Of a stretch of DNA of 64,000 nucleotides, positions 19,375-30,194 are shown in pieces. The DNA is from an uncultured virus (IMG/VR IMGVR_UViG_3300032246_002559) (Duplodnaviria > Heunggongvirae > Uroviricota > Caudoviricetes). The notes beneath the pieces were generated by a model. The model made no database searches. It had not been told where the DNA came from and saw only the letters and a list, made by a program, of their open reading frames with translations. Positions within the stretch are counted from its first letter, which is position 1, and every line of letters begins with the position of its first letter. The stretch lies in IMG/VR virus record IMGVR_UViG_3300032246_002559. The stretch is one strand, 5' to 3'. The position numbers were made by a program, and so were the translations under genes.

Positions 19375-20280
19375 ATGACGACGCAGACACGCAATCGTAA
19401 GGCGGATGTTGTATTCGGACGGGACAAAGCTCTCAGGCTCGCTAAGTTGGCAAGCACTGAGGGGTTGGCTAAGGTAACGGTTGGGATTGAGCGGGCGCTA
19501 GCAGATCTGCCCGCGGAAGGGGCGGGATTCACCTGGAGGCAGGAGGGCGAGAAGATATTGTCTTTCCTCCGGGGGGAACGAGGCGTCCCGTTCACGCTCT
19601 TCATCCCGAAGGGTAACACTAAGTTACCATTCTTCACCTGGTCCACGCTAAGTCTTTTCACATGTCCCGGGAAGGGGGAATGTGCGTCTTGGTGTTATAC
19701 CTTGACCGGATGGAGGCATGCCAGTGCCTTCTGGAGGCAGGTTCAGAATACGATCCTACTCCGGTTTATGCCGGAAGTAGTGGCAGACGCGTTTTTTGAT
19801 CTCCCGAAGGACATCACGATGCGTCTTTACGTTGACGGCGACTTCAGCAGTCGTAGTGACGTTGCATTCTGGTTCAAGCTTCTGCGTCTAAGGTCTGACA
19901 TACAGGCCTATGGGTACAGCAAGAGTTGGGACGAGTTGGTGGGGCACGAGAAAGTTCCCGACAACTATGTCCTCAATTTGTCCGGCGGGGGGCGGGAACG
20001 GCAGGTGTCCAAGGCGACTATGCTAACCCTGCCGATGGTCCGCGGCGAGTATATTGCAGTGCCGGTGCCTCAACGGTTCATCTCGATGCGTGGTGCCCGA
20101 TACGACAATCGGGAGTACCACGACCATGTCCGCGAAGCGGCCCGTGCTTTGGGGCATACCAAAGTTTTCTCCTGCCCAGGCAAGTGCGGAGAGTGCGTGA
20201 AAGGTAAGGACGGGGCATGGACCCACGCTTGTGGGGACATGCGGTTCAAGGGTGTCGCCATCGCCAACGGCATCCACTAA
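19375..20280 (+). CDS. GP88-like Cys-rich phage protein
   Basis: GNTKLP...TCPGKGECASWCY...RLYVDGDF...YGYSK...CPGKCGEC pattern. Confidence 0.7.
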   Translation: MTTQTRNRKADVVFGRDKALRLAKLASTEGLAKVTVGIERALADLPAEGAGFTWRQEGEKILSFLRGERGVPFTLFIPKGNTKLPFFTWSTLSLFTCPGKGECASWCYTLTGWRHASAFWRQVQNTILLRFMPEVVADAFFDLPKDITMRLYVDGDFSSRSDVAFWFKLLRLRSDIQAYGYSKSWDELVGHEKVPDNYVLNLSGGGRERQVSKATMLTLPMVRGEYIAVPVPQRFISMRGARYDNREYHDHVREAARALGHTKVFSCPGKCGECVKGKDGAWTHACGDMRFKGVAIANGIH

Positions 20281-20348
20281 TCGTAAACCGCGGCTGTCCC
20301 CGGTTTCGCAGGGGACTTCCGCGGGGCGGGCCTAACCAACCCGCACAA

Positions 20349-20383
20349 CCGATCCGGGATGCGAGTCCCGGGTCGGCTTTTTT
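20349..20383 (+). terminator. Intrinsic terminator
   Basis: CCGATCCGGGAT-GCG-AGTCCCGGGTCGG followed by C and T6. Confidence 0.7.
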
Positions 20384-20400
20384 ATCTAAGGAGGTCTCAC

Positions 20401-23332
20401 ATGGGTCAGGGTACGGTCATCATTGAGAGCAGTTTCAAGCGAGGAGGTGTGCGTATGATGTGGGTCGCAAGCGAAATCGCCTATAGAAAAGAGTCCGACG
20501 ACGGCGTGTTTCTGAGCCGTCCACTAGTGTTGTCTATCTCTGATCCGGCCGAGCGGGGCAGGATGGAGAACGTGCTTAGTGGCGTCATCGACGCAAAAGG
20601 TTCTTACTTCGAGCAAGTGCTGGACGCAGTCAGGGAACAAGAAAAGGAGGCCGTATGAAGACGTTTACAGCGTCGGGCAGTTGTGGGATGATCAGATTCG
20701 ACGAGACAGGACGGGTTGTCGACCACACGGGCTGGGACTACCTCAACATTAGCCGCGTCGACGTGAACGAATACATTGACCACTATGGTTCCTTGGTCGA
20801 CACCGATATCCTACTGATCGGATACTGGCTGGTAGACGGCACATATGAACCGCCGTGTTACGGTCATCGAGCGGAAGTCAACGTCCGATAATCATCCTTA
20901 TGTTGCGCTAACCCAGGAGGCTTGGAAATGAAAAAGTTTGATGTCGTGTTGATGAAGATAACGCCAGCCATGGCATTGGTTACGGTCGAAGCGGAATGCC
21001 TCGACGATGCCCTTGATATCGCAGAGGGACTGCATGAAGGGGCAGCATGGCTACGGTCCGGATCTGACCTAATCAGCGCCAGAGAGCGGGGCGAGGAAGA
21101 CGATTGGTTGTTGAGGTCTCTGGCCGCTGGAGGACGATGAAGATGCGCCGAGTACTAGGCATAGACATTCCAGAATCTGTCGAAGAGGCGACGTTGCCTT
21201 CCTACTATGACGGGGTGTCAGAGTTGGATGCGTACAAGCTGTGGCTGGCGTCGACAGGAAGAGTCGCAATCGCCATGATCGACGACTTGGAAAGGAGACT
21301 ACAGCGTCTCCGCAAGCAGATCGCTGAACTGAAGGGCGCCGAAGCTAGTCAGATCTCGCAATGGCCCTAATGGGATCGGTAGGGGAGGGGCGGACACCCC
21401 TCCCGGTAGCAAAAAGGAGACGGACATAGAACTGCTAATTGAAGGAGTAGTGAGATGAGTAATAACGAAATGTTTTGCAGGCTTGACGAAACACATTTGA
21501 CCTCCGATGGCGATTTCATCCCTAAGGGAACACCAGTACGGGTTTTGTGTTGGAGTCCAGACGATGAAGGATTGCTGCGGGTCGAAGCTATAGCTTATAT
21601 GTATTGTGAATGTGATGATCAGGAGGCATTAGATGATGATTTTCGATCATTTATTGGAACTAAAATGCTGATTGATGTTAGGCCTAATGCGTTGACGTTT
21701 AGTCATTTTCAAGGAAAGTGATTGTGTGGACGAGGGGAGGGGCGGACACCCCTCCCGGTGGAAAGAGGAGGGACTGCAATGACTATTTTTGTAACCATGA
21801 CGGACAAGTTTATGTCCGGGTGGGGGGGATCGAGCGGCAAGATCAACAAGTACGTGGTAGAATGCTCGAACCGCGAGCAGGCAGATCAAATCGTATCTGC
21901 GGCTAAACTCCGCAGCGAGATGAAAAACATCAATATTGTGACAAGATTCAAGTATCCCCCCAGCAAATACGTGGTGTCTCTCAGAAAATTTAGTGAATTA
22001 GGGGAGATCTGGACCGGTAGCGTTTCTAAGGTTTGATATTTCTAGCACATGTCTTCCGCGGCGACACATGAAGTAGTATGTGTCTTCCGCGGCGACACAA
22101 GGAGGGGGCTATGTCTCAAGAATTACAGGGGCTATTGGCTGTCGCCGAGGAAATCGCGGATAACCAGTTCACAGCATGTAACTGTGGCCAAGTGTGTGAC
22201 AACACTTGCACCCACGGCAAGCTAATGTTGGCCATAAGTAGAGCCAGAACAGCACTCGATTATGATCATCGAGCAGGGGCGGAACTGGTCCGCCAGGCTC
22301 GCGAACTCTATGAGTGTGAGAACATTCAGGTTGACGATTCTCCGTCTATTGACAAAATCGACGTGGGAACATGGGTGCAGGCATGGGTCTTAGTTCAGGA
22401 GGAAGTAGAATGACTGAGTGTAAGTGGGAAGTTGAGTCGACTCACCCACAAGAGGGTGGGGCAATACACGAAGTATCTGTCGTAACAGAAGGACTCGACC
22501 AAACGTCGCGGTACTGCCGCGGAGGCATCGCTCTTGGATGCAGTCGGGACTACATCGTTCCAACGGACATGATAGCAATCACAATGTTCCTAGCGGAACA
22601 CGGACGGAAGGTCATCAGCATCAAAACCAAAGAGTAAGGAGGTGTCGCATGTGGGAAGTTCAGTTACTTATCGGTGAACAGTGGGAAAACGTCTGGACAG
22701 TGGAAGACGGAGAGGAGAAGGAGACTTTTGCCACCCGCCTCGAGGCGCAGGAGGCATTAGATGAGCATTTGAAGGACATCGCTTTCGCGGTTAAGATGGG
22801 TGATATGGAAGACAATGGGCCGGATGAGTATCGTATCGCCCTGTGCGAAGAGGAGGACCGTGATGAGCCATAAGTCGAGCCTGTTTGTTCTCTGGGGCGA
22901 GCGTCCCGAAAGCATCACACGTTACGAGTTCGACACGGAGAGCGAGAGAGGGGCTTTTATGCTCGGCGTCGAGCAGGCCCAAGGGTGGGGGAACTGGACC
23001 GCCACCTTCTCTGCCGCTGAGGCAGAGCAGATTCTAAAGGACTCAATGGAATGAATATGAACGCCATCAGCACAAAAGACTTTCCCGATCTCATGTCTAC
23101 TCTCACTATGGCGGGAAGGTCGTGGAGTATCCACGCAGTGGGAAATTTCGAGCACGACCAACTAACGGTCAGCGTTCGATTGACCGCTGGCCGAACGGAC
23201 TTTGGTCCTTTCGAGTTCGCAGGACAAGAGTTCGTCGACAGGGAAGCGGTGCCATTCACCGCGGACCTTGTTCGCAAGCTTGAGTATCATGTCTTCAATC
23301 TCATGTCGGCGCACTGGCCGCTCGACTTCTAA
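20401..23332 (+). CDS. Run of about 11 small hypothetical genes
   Basis: Tightly packed 60-110 aa ORFs with GGAG/AGGAGG SDs (e.g. 20655, 21455, 21779, 22111, 22649, 23051). Confidence 0.6.
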
Positions 23333-23362
23333 CGCGTCGCAGGGCAGCACAACTAAAAGTAA

Positions 23363-23602
23363 GGGGCGGGGGGCGAAAGCCCCTCGCCCTTTTTTGTTTT
23401 TTTCTTTTTTTCTTCCGCGGCCGCGGTTTTGTCCCGGCCGTTCCTGGCCGGTCAATTTTTGAAAAAGCAAGGAAAAAGACCGCGGCCCCACTGCACTTAT
23501 CTATAAACCTCCCCATCACCCAAAAAAATTGCGAAAAACACCGCGGCGCCGCTGCTCAAATAGTGGAGATCGAAACCACAACGCCAACACACGGAGGCAC
23601 AC
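23363..23602 (+). promoter_or_regulatory. Cassette regulatory element 9 (most diverged)
   Basis: Terminator at 23363; motifs at 23472 and 23533; ACACGGAGG leader. Confidence 0.7.
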
Positions 23603-23755
23603 ATGGGCACCTGCAGTGCATGTGACACATCCGCGGCACACGATCCGTGCGATCGCTGCGTCCAGGATATCGCTGACGGATGGGACGAGTTCGACCGCCA
23701 GCGACTGAGTCTCAAAACCACGGAAGATCTTACACAACGCAACCAAAGGAGCTAA
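23603..23755 (+). CDS. 50-aa CxxC...CxxC mini-protein (not in ORF track)
   Basis: GGAGG SD; MGTCSACDTSAAHDPCDRC... Confidence 0.55.
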   Translation: MGTCSACDTSAAHDPCDRCVQDIADGWDEFDRQRLSLKTTEDLTQRNQRS

Positions 23756-23756
23756 G

Positions 23757-24038
23757 ATGAACAGCAACGCTATTGAATCACTTGAGAAACAGCTCGCGCA
23801 AGAAGTCGCACTCGCCACGGCGGTCGTCAGCGTCATCCACTCACTCGCCGACTCCGCTTTGGCGGCAAGCAAGTATGGGTACTTCTCCGACGTGCATCAA
23901 TTGCACCAGTATGTCATATACTTACTGAAACGACATTCTGAAATCGGAGCGCTGCGTGCGGCGATCGACACCATCCGAAAAGCCGCGGAAATCGCAGAAA
24001 CCGCGGAAACCGCGGCGCTCGAAGTTGTCGAGATATGA
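23757..24038 (+). CDS. Hypothetical helical protein
   Basis: AAGGAG SD; 93 aa. Confidence 0.65.
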   Translation: MNSNAIESLEKQLAQEVALATAVVSVIHSLADSALAASKYGYFSDVHQLHQYVIYLLKRHSEIGALRAAIDTIRKAAEIAETAETAALEVVEI

Positions 24039-24558
24039 GAGGCTTATGTTGACGTAAACCCTTATGGGAACGCAACTTACGTCGAATCGAGGCGTGTTGC
24101 GAGAGGCCCACCTGGGCAATTTTCAGCCGTGTACTATGGCTGTAACCATCATCAACTTAGTAATGATTAATTTGGCTCATCCTACCACTCCCCGCTCTTC
24201 TCTCTATATAGGGAATAGTTATATGGAGGGTGGTATGTTGTCTTTATCAGCACCAAACCGCAGGGGGAGGGGGAGATGCAAGTGCTTATTGGCAAGCCAC
24301 TTATGGCCGATAGCGAACAGGAAAAACAGATCGACTTTATGGAGCCTGCCCACGAGGGCAATGGCCATCCGCCGCGTCTGACCTGGCGCCTGCAAGTAGT
24401 GGCAATGTTGCTAGGCATGATGCTTCTGTCCCATAATGAGAGCCGCGTAAGGCCCAGTAGGAAGGGGTGGGGGAAATATCGCTTGGTAATGGTTTAATCC
24501 CAAGGTATCGGGCCTTGGGAATTTTAATTCTAACGACTTAATAATTTTAACTCGCGGC

Positions 24559-26691
24559 ATGAAAGGAGCAGATGTGAGCCATACTTCAGGACTTGAAGAT
24601 ACGAGTTGCTTCATAGTTAGGTATCGCTTCCGAGATCCGTATGTGAGCATGTACAAGTATCTGGAAGTGAGCATGGTCACCGAAAACGAAAGCGAAGAAG
24701 TGGAGATGATCACATGCCAATTGGACCTGGACATCGCCACGAGAAATGACCAGCGCGTCTTCTGGTCCTTGTATGGCATCAATAAGGATGGCACTTACGA
24801 GTGCATAGGAGACTTCATGGGGAGGGACTGGGCAATGGGGGTCGCAGTCAAGTTGGGAGGTGTTCAGTTATGAGTAAGATTTTTACGATCGAAGTAACGA
24901 TAACCATCAGAAAAGATTATAAGGTCAGGGCCGAAAATGGCGACGAGGCCATAATGCTCCTGGCAGAATCATGTGTCGTTTCGACCGAAGACACGCCCGA
25001 CATCTGTGTCGACAAGTACTACGAAGAAGATTATAGGGTGGTCGGGACAAGCACGACAATGATTGATGTTGGATGACTGTTTAGGGTGGCGAGCAGACAC
25101 TTACCGGTTTTCAAAAGGAGAATTGATATGCGTTACACGATGGAAGATGAGACGATTGTCAACACTGATAACGCCACAAAGGTGTTCAGTGAGGGGACAG
25201 AGTGGGATGGTAGGAACACAGTGAGCCTGGCGACTGGGGACCAATGGGTCCACCAAACCTTGTATCGCTCAAAGAAAGGGAGGTGGTATATCGAGACCGA
25301 CTCTCAGTGGCAGGGGTCAACGCCACATGCGGAATACATTGAGCCTGTCGATGCAGCACGATGGCTGCTGAAGAACAACTACAAGGCGGAAGACATTCCA
25401 AGCGAACTGTCGAAGTATGTCCCCGAGATCGAAGAGTGACCGAGAGGAAAGGAAGGGCCAAATATGGAGAAGTCCATATGTACTGTTTGTTCTGGTGAGT
25501 TTACACGAAGCGAATATGTATATCTCGGCTATGTATATTGCCCAAACTGCGCTTTGCAGTCTAATGCTGTCAGAGCAATTAGGTGCTTGATAAGAAAGGC
25601 TGGGTCTGCAAAGCAACGTCAGATCGATCGTTGTGTCAGACGACCCCAGGGAGAATGAAGATGAAGAAGTATAAGATTCTAATCGATAGGACCTGTTATA
25701 CCTCGGCTGAGGTATTCATTATGGCAGAAAACGGAGAGGATGCGCTGACAAGGGCTTATGAGATGGCCAAAAGTATTGATTTTGACGCCGAGAAAGAGCA
25801 TCCTGGAGGCGATGTAGAGTATGACGCAAACATTATCGATGGAGACGAAGATGACTGATAATCAAGTTCGATGTGTTACGATATCTTCTGACGGGAAAGA
25901 AAAAATCTTACCTGTTTTTGATGCGGATGTAAAACCTGTTCATCTAGGAGATGTGCTGGAATGGGTTGAGACTTCCGGGCCTTACGGTCAGACGCAAAGA
26001 AAAACAGGCACAGTGACTCATAAATTGTTGATGTGCGGCAGCATTGTTACAAACGGTGGGTTGGTAAAAGCCCATTGGGAATGGCAACCCAAGGACGGTC
26101 CAGAGGGGTTTTATTGTCGTCACGAAAATCATTCTTACGACCACGGACATAAGACTTGGGCGCGAGTTGTTGTTAACGGAGGTGCATAATGCCATCAGCT
26201 AATATCTTTGTCATCAGAATACGGCATGAGGGCGACTGGTGGTATCATGGCAAATACCGCACCAGGGATTCGTCAGAAGCATTTCGGTACGACAGCAAGG
26301 TTAAGGCCGAACTCATCTGTGGTATGCTTCGCTACGAAAGCATGACTGTGGAATCGGCTACTGAATCGTGCGACAGTAGTGGCGAATAGACAAAAGAGAA
26401 TGATCACGACCCTTTCATAGGAGGTATCGCATGTTGTTCACGTTGGAGGTAAAGATTGACGAGCAGGAGCAGGGGGCAGGACTAGCCTCTACTCTGCGTG
26501 AAGTCGCAGACATGTTCGAGGATCGCGATCCTGTTTCTATCTGCGCCGGTAAAATCGACGAGGCCAACTTTCGCGTCGGACATCAATCGCCGCGACAGGC
26601 ACTCAAGGAACTGGCCGAGTGTGTCAGCGCAGGCGACCCACGAGTGGGCGACCTGGTGAAGAAGGCGCTCAAGATTTCCCGTTTCGAGTAA
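24559..26691 (+). CDS. Run of small hypothetical genes
   Basis: Packed co-oriented ORFs (e.g. 24871, 25128, 25464, 26189, 26431) with SDs. Confidence 0.6.
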
Positions 26692-26710
26692 CCCACAAAG
26701 GAGGATTCCC

Positions 26711-27214
26711 ATGAGCAGTTTATTTGAGTTGAGCAGCAACGTCGCGGCCCTTGAGGCCGCCCTGGAGAACGAGACCAACCCCGAATCCCTCCAGGTACTG
26801 GTGGACGAGTTGGTCGCCAACAAGGATGGGTTAGTGCAGAAGATTGAGAACTATGCTGGGTTCATTGGAGAACTCCAGGCCGTAGCCGAAGCAAGGGCCG
26901 CGGAAGCAAAGCGGGTGGGGGAACTCGCCAAGCAATCCTACAACAAGGTGACCAGGCTCAAAGACGCGCTACGAGAAGCCCTCCTCCGTGTCGGAACCAA
27001 GAAAGTCTCGACTGCGCGGTACGACATCCGAGTCCAGAAAGCGGGCGGTAAGCTACCCCTGGTGATCGACGAAGCCAGGGTGACTGAAGAGTGGCGTACA
27101 GTTAAGACTGTTGTGGAAACTGACAAGGACAGGATCCGATCCGCCCTGGAGGCGGGGGAAATCCTAGACTTCGCAGAACTGAAAGAACGGGGCGATGTGT
27201 TGATCATTAAGTGA
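26711..27214 (+). CDS. Siphovirus Gp157-family protein
   Basis: SLFEL...KIENYA...EAKR...LK...DKDRIRSALEAGE...L..IK pattern. Confidence 0.85.
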   Translation: MSSLFELSSNVAALEAALENETNPESLQVLVDELVANKDGLVQKIENYAGFIGELQAVAEARAAEAKRVGELAKQSYNKVTRLKDALREALLRVGTKKVSTARYDIRVQKAGGKLPLVIDEARVTEEWRTVKTVVETDKDRIRSALEAGEILDFAELKERGDVLIIK

Positions 27215-27341
27215 CCACCCCCTTCACCCCACTGGCCCGAGCAGTGGGGAACAGGGGTTGATCAAATCAAACAGACGACAACCCAATAGTGAATCCGAGA
27301 CCAGAAGACGCGAATAGTCGAAGTACCACGGAGGATAATCG

Positions 27342-28605
27342 ATGAGCGACAACACGAAACTGATCGCGGCAGCACCAGAAATGCTGCAGGCACTTACAAA
27401 TTTCGTTAACTATCTGACTCCTGGCCGAGACCGAATGCTCGACTCATTCATTAAGGATGCCAGCTCGATTATCGAGAAGGTGGAGGGGCAAAATGATTGA
27501 TGAAGCGCGACACGCTATGGCGATGATCACGAGTCAAATGGAGCGGATCGAAAAGGTACTTGCCGCAAGCGAAGAGGCTCCAACACGGATTGCCACGGCG
27601 CGGAAAATGGTCGAGCAAGTAAAGGTAAACGCCGATAAGCTGGATAGCGCAATCGAAGCTATCCATGCCGACCGAGTGCTGTTGTTCGGTAAACTGTGGC
27701 GTGACACCAGGGAGGGCTTAATATGAGCAACCTGGGTAGACTGATCGACGAAGCCTGTGGTAAGGCTAGGGGCGACAATTCATGGAAGGTGGGCTTCCTG
27801 CTGTCTGCTCTCCAGGAAATCTTAGACATCGGCTGCAGCCGGGACATCGAACTGGTCGCCAAGAAGGCCATTCGACGAGTGGAACCTGAGAGTACAAAGG
27901 GAGGGGTGAAGAATGCTTGAGTTCGTAAACGACCTAGAAGCTGAAATGCTGAACACAACAGATCAAGCGCTGCTCGCCTTGAGCAGGAGCGCGTCGAACA
28001 TACAGATGAAGCTCCGCAGAAAAGAGCTAGTGCAGGAAGAAGAGTTAGCCGCGTTGGCTACACTCGTGGCTGATGCCCTGGGCAGTTTTCGCCTAGCAGG
28101 CACCGTCCGCAGATTCCAGAAAGATTACCAACAGGAGGAATGCTCATGACCTGGCGTAGCCTTTCGCAGTACTGGGAAGAAATGGGGGGCGACCCCGAGC
28201 TGGAACCTCAAGATGCCAGCGACGAGCTGGCTTTGCGGCAAGCGGATGAAGAACTAGTGGATACAAAAGACTTACCCTTTTGATTAGGAGAATAAGATGT
28301 CTGATGAAGACGAGGCAGTTACATGTCTGGGGACCATGATGATCTTCGGGTACAAGTTTGCTAAGAACTTTGGAGCGCCATTCCCCAAAAGCGAGCTGCT
28401 AGGAGACTTGTTCTTCTATGGCAGAGCCATCAACAGGACAGACCAGCAATATCTGGAGTCGATAATCAAAGGCATGATCGAGCATCGCATGATCCTATCC
28501 TGTGGGAACAGGTTTGTGATCAATCATGACTACAAGCCAAGCACCAATGACTGGTGGTATGACGCTGAGGAATTTGGCGGAGAAGGACTGGATGGTGATG
28601 AATAA
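27342..28605 (+). CDS. Run of small hypothetical genes
   Basis: Includes 27342-27500 with LIAAAPEML motif; also 27493, 27723, 27913, 28297. Confidence 0.55.
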
Positions 28606-28931
28606 TGACTGCTTTCTTCCTTGTGGCATTTATCCTCGGCGGACTTAAGGCGTTACTAGAAGGACATAGTGCGCCTTGTATCTTTACTTTCAGGAGGAGG
28701 GGGAGATGATCAAGATTGTGGCAGGATGCCTGTTTTTAACCCTGTGTGGGTGCGGATCGGTCAGACAGGAAGTCGCGGTAAATCTCCAAATGGACCTAGC
28801 CGCGCCAAGCCGAGCGGGAAAGGTTGATGTCACTGTTTACATGGTGCGATAATGGACTACTTAGCGAGCGTCGCAGCCTGCCTGGTGGTAGGCTGCTTGT
28901 GTCTCTTAATCGGACTTTTCAAGGAGAACTC

Positions 28932-29105
28932 ATGAAGGGATTATCGTTAACCAGAAAGACCGGCGAATCGTGCGTTTTCAGAGTGGGTGATCAAGAAGTT
29001 GTAGTAATCGTCGAAGAAGCAGGAGTCGGCAGAGTCAGACTCCGGTTAGTCGCGAATCAGTCGGTCGTCATTATGAGGCGTGAACTAGAACAACCCAGTA
29101 GATAA
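28932..29105 (+). CDS. csrA: CsrA/RsmA-like RNA-binding protein
   Basis: LSLTRKTGES...VVVIV...RVRLRLVANQSVVIMRREL aligns with the CsrA pattern; AAGGAG SD. Confidence 0.75.
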   Translation: MKGLSLTRKTGESCVFRVGDQEVVVIVEEAGVGRVRLRLVANQSVVIMRRELEQPSR

Positions 29106-29115
29106 GGAGAGACTC

Positions 29116-29391
29116 GTGGGAGATACATCGTTGATGATAATGATTAAGAGGCGCGAGTATGAAGCGCTAAAAAGGTCTGTTGGCAGCGGGGCCGAAAACC
29201 CTATCTCTGACCTGCTTCAACGTATCGAGTCAAGCTTCAGTCTCCCGAGGCAGGAAAGGGAGCGTCTTTGCAAAGCAGCAAAGATAATGTGTACCGACGA
29301 CAGAGTGAGCTTCGACGACCATCCAAGCGTCGAAGAAGGGGGGTGGGTGAACTGTTGGATTCAGATACCAGAGGAACATGACAATGCCTAG
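29116..29391 (+). CDS. Hypothetical protein
   Basis: C-terminus (DD.PS...G.WV..W) shared with 22111..22413. Confidence 0.6.
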   Translation: MGDTSLMIMIKRREYEALKRSVGSGAENPISDLLQRIESSFSLPRQERERLCKAAKIMCTDDRVSFDDHPSVEEGGWVNCWIQIPEEHDNA

Positions 29392-29704
29392 GGGACGCAA
29401 GCCGTGCCGGGAGATTACCGGCAAGCAACGTGAAATCTTGAAGATGATCATCGCGTTTATCCAAAGAAACGGATACCAGCCATCCCGAAAAGATTTAGCT
29501 CATGAGATGGGCGCCACAGGTCACGCGGCATCTCAACGAATATGGCAACTGCAGGATAAAGGTTTCATTTCCGCTGATTCTAAGGCGGGGGAAAGATGCC
29601 TGGTGTTGCCAGGACTTAGATTCGTCCCGCGGATCGATCTGTCTGAACTTTCTGCCGAACATCGTCAGGTGCTGGAAGGAATCCTCGGCGAAATTAGTGA
29701 CTGA
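29378..29704 (+). CDS. LexA-like DNA-binding domain protein without peptidase domain
   Basis: ITGKQREILKMI...NGYQPSRKDLA...LQDKGFI. Confidence 0.8.
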   Translation: MTMPRGRKPCREITGKQREILKMIIAFIQRNGYQPSRKDLAHEMGATGHAASQRIWQLQDKGFISADSKAGERCLVLPGLRFVPRIDLSELSAEHRQVLEGILGEISD

Positions 29705-30194
29705 CACCAACTTTTTCTTTCCACAACTCTACCCCTGGACCGGCTGCGCGGAAAACCTGCGTTCCAAACAGCCGGACCACAGTCAAGATCTTACCTGACA
29801 GCAATCTGAATGCTTCCTGGCCCAGGGGGCCGTCTAAGGCGCCAGACCAAGCCTCCTGACCGGCCACATGAGCCAGCCCCACCTCAGTCAGGTGTGCCGC
29901 AACAGGATAGAAAACAATCCCACTCTTATCCGGCCTTAGGTGCTCTGGCAGCCAGCCAAAAAGCCAGGCACAGTTCCAACTACCACACACGCTCGGGCGG
30001 GAGGGGTCCGTCCAAATCGAGCATCCACCCCCCTGCTTACGATGCGCGCAGTCCTGGTAGCTTGGCTTGCCAAGCTCTCTGACCTCTAAGACATAACAAC
30101 AGGCGTCACACTCCTCACATGCCCGTTCTGCCAGAATGTTCAAAGAAATTTTTTCCATAGTCTCGACATCTTCTTTGCTAAAGCGGTTCCCCAT
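29694..30194 (-). CDS. YkgJ-like Cys-cluster (Zn/Fe-S) protein
   Basis: CEECDACC...C...GCSIW...RPSVCGSWNCAW; start uncertain (30194 or 30158). Confidence 0.75.
   Translation of the reverse strand: MGNRFSKEDVETMEKISLNILAERACEECDACCYVLEVRELGKPSYQDCAHRKQGGGCSIWTDPSRPSVCGSWNCAWLFGWLPEHLRPDKSGIVFYPVAAHLTEVGLAHVAGQEAWSGALDGPLGQEAFRLLSGKILTVVRLFGTQVFRAAGPGVELWKEKVGVSH

Noticed and set aside
11874..23602. CRISPR array
   Set aside because: Repeats are ~250 bp with gene-sized, unequal intervals; no cas genes seen
11874..23602. Classical integron with attC sites
   Set aside because: No tyrosine integrase in the window; elements carry their own terminator and promoter-like parts rather than attC R/L box structure
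27218..27258. tRNA or terminator
   Set aside because: Single interrupted hairpin with no cloverleaf, T-loop or U-tract; no tRNA recognised anywhere by eye
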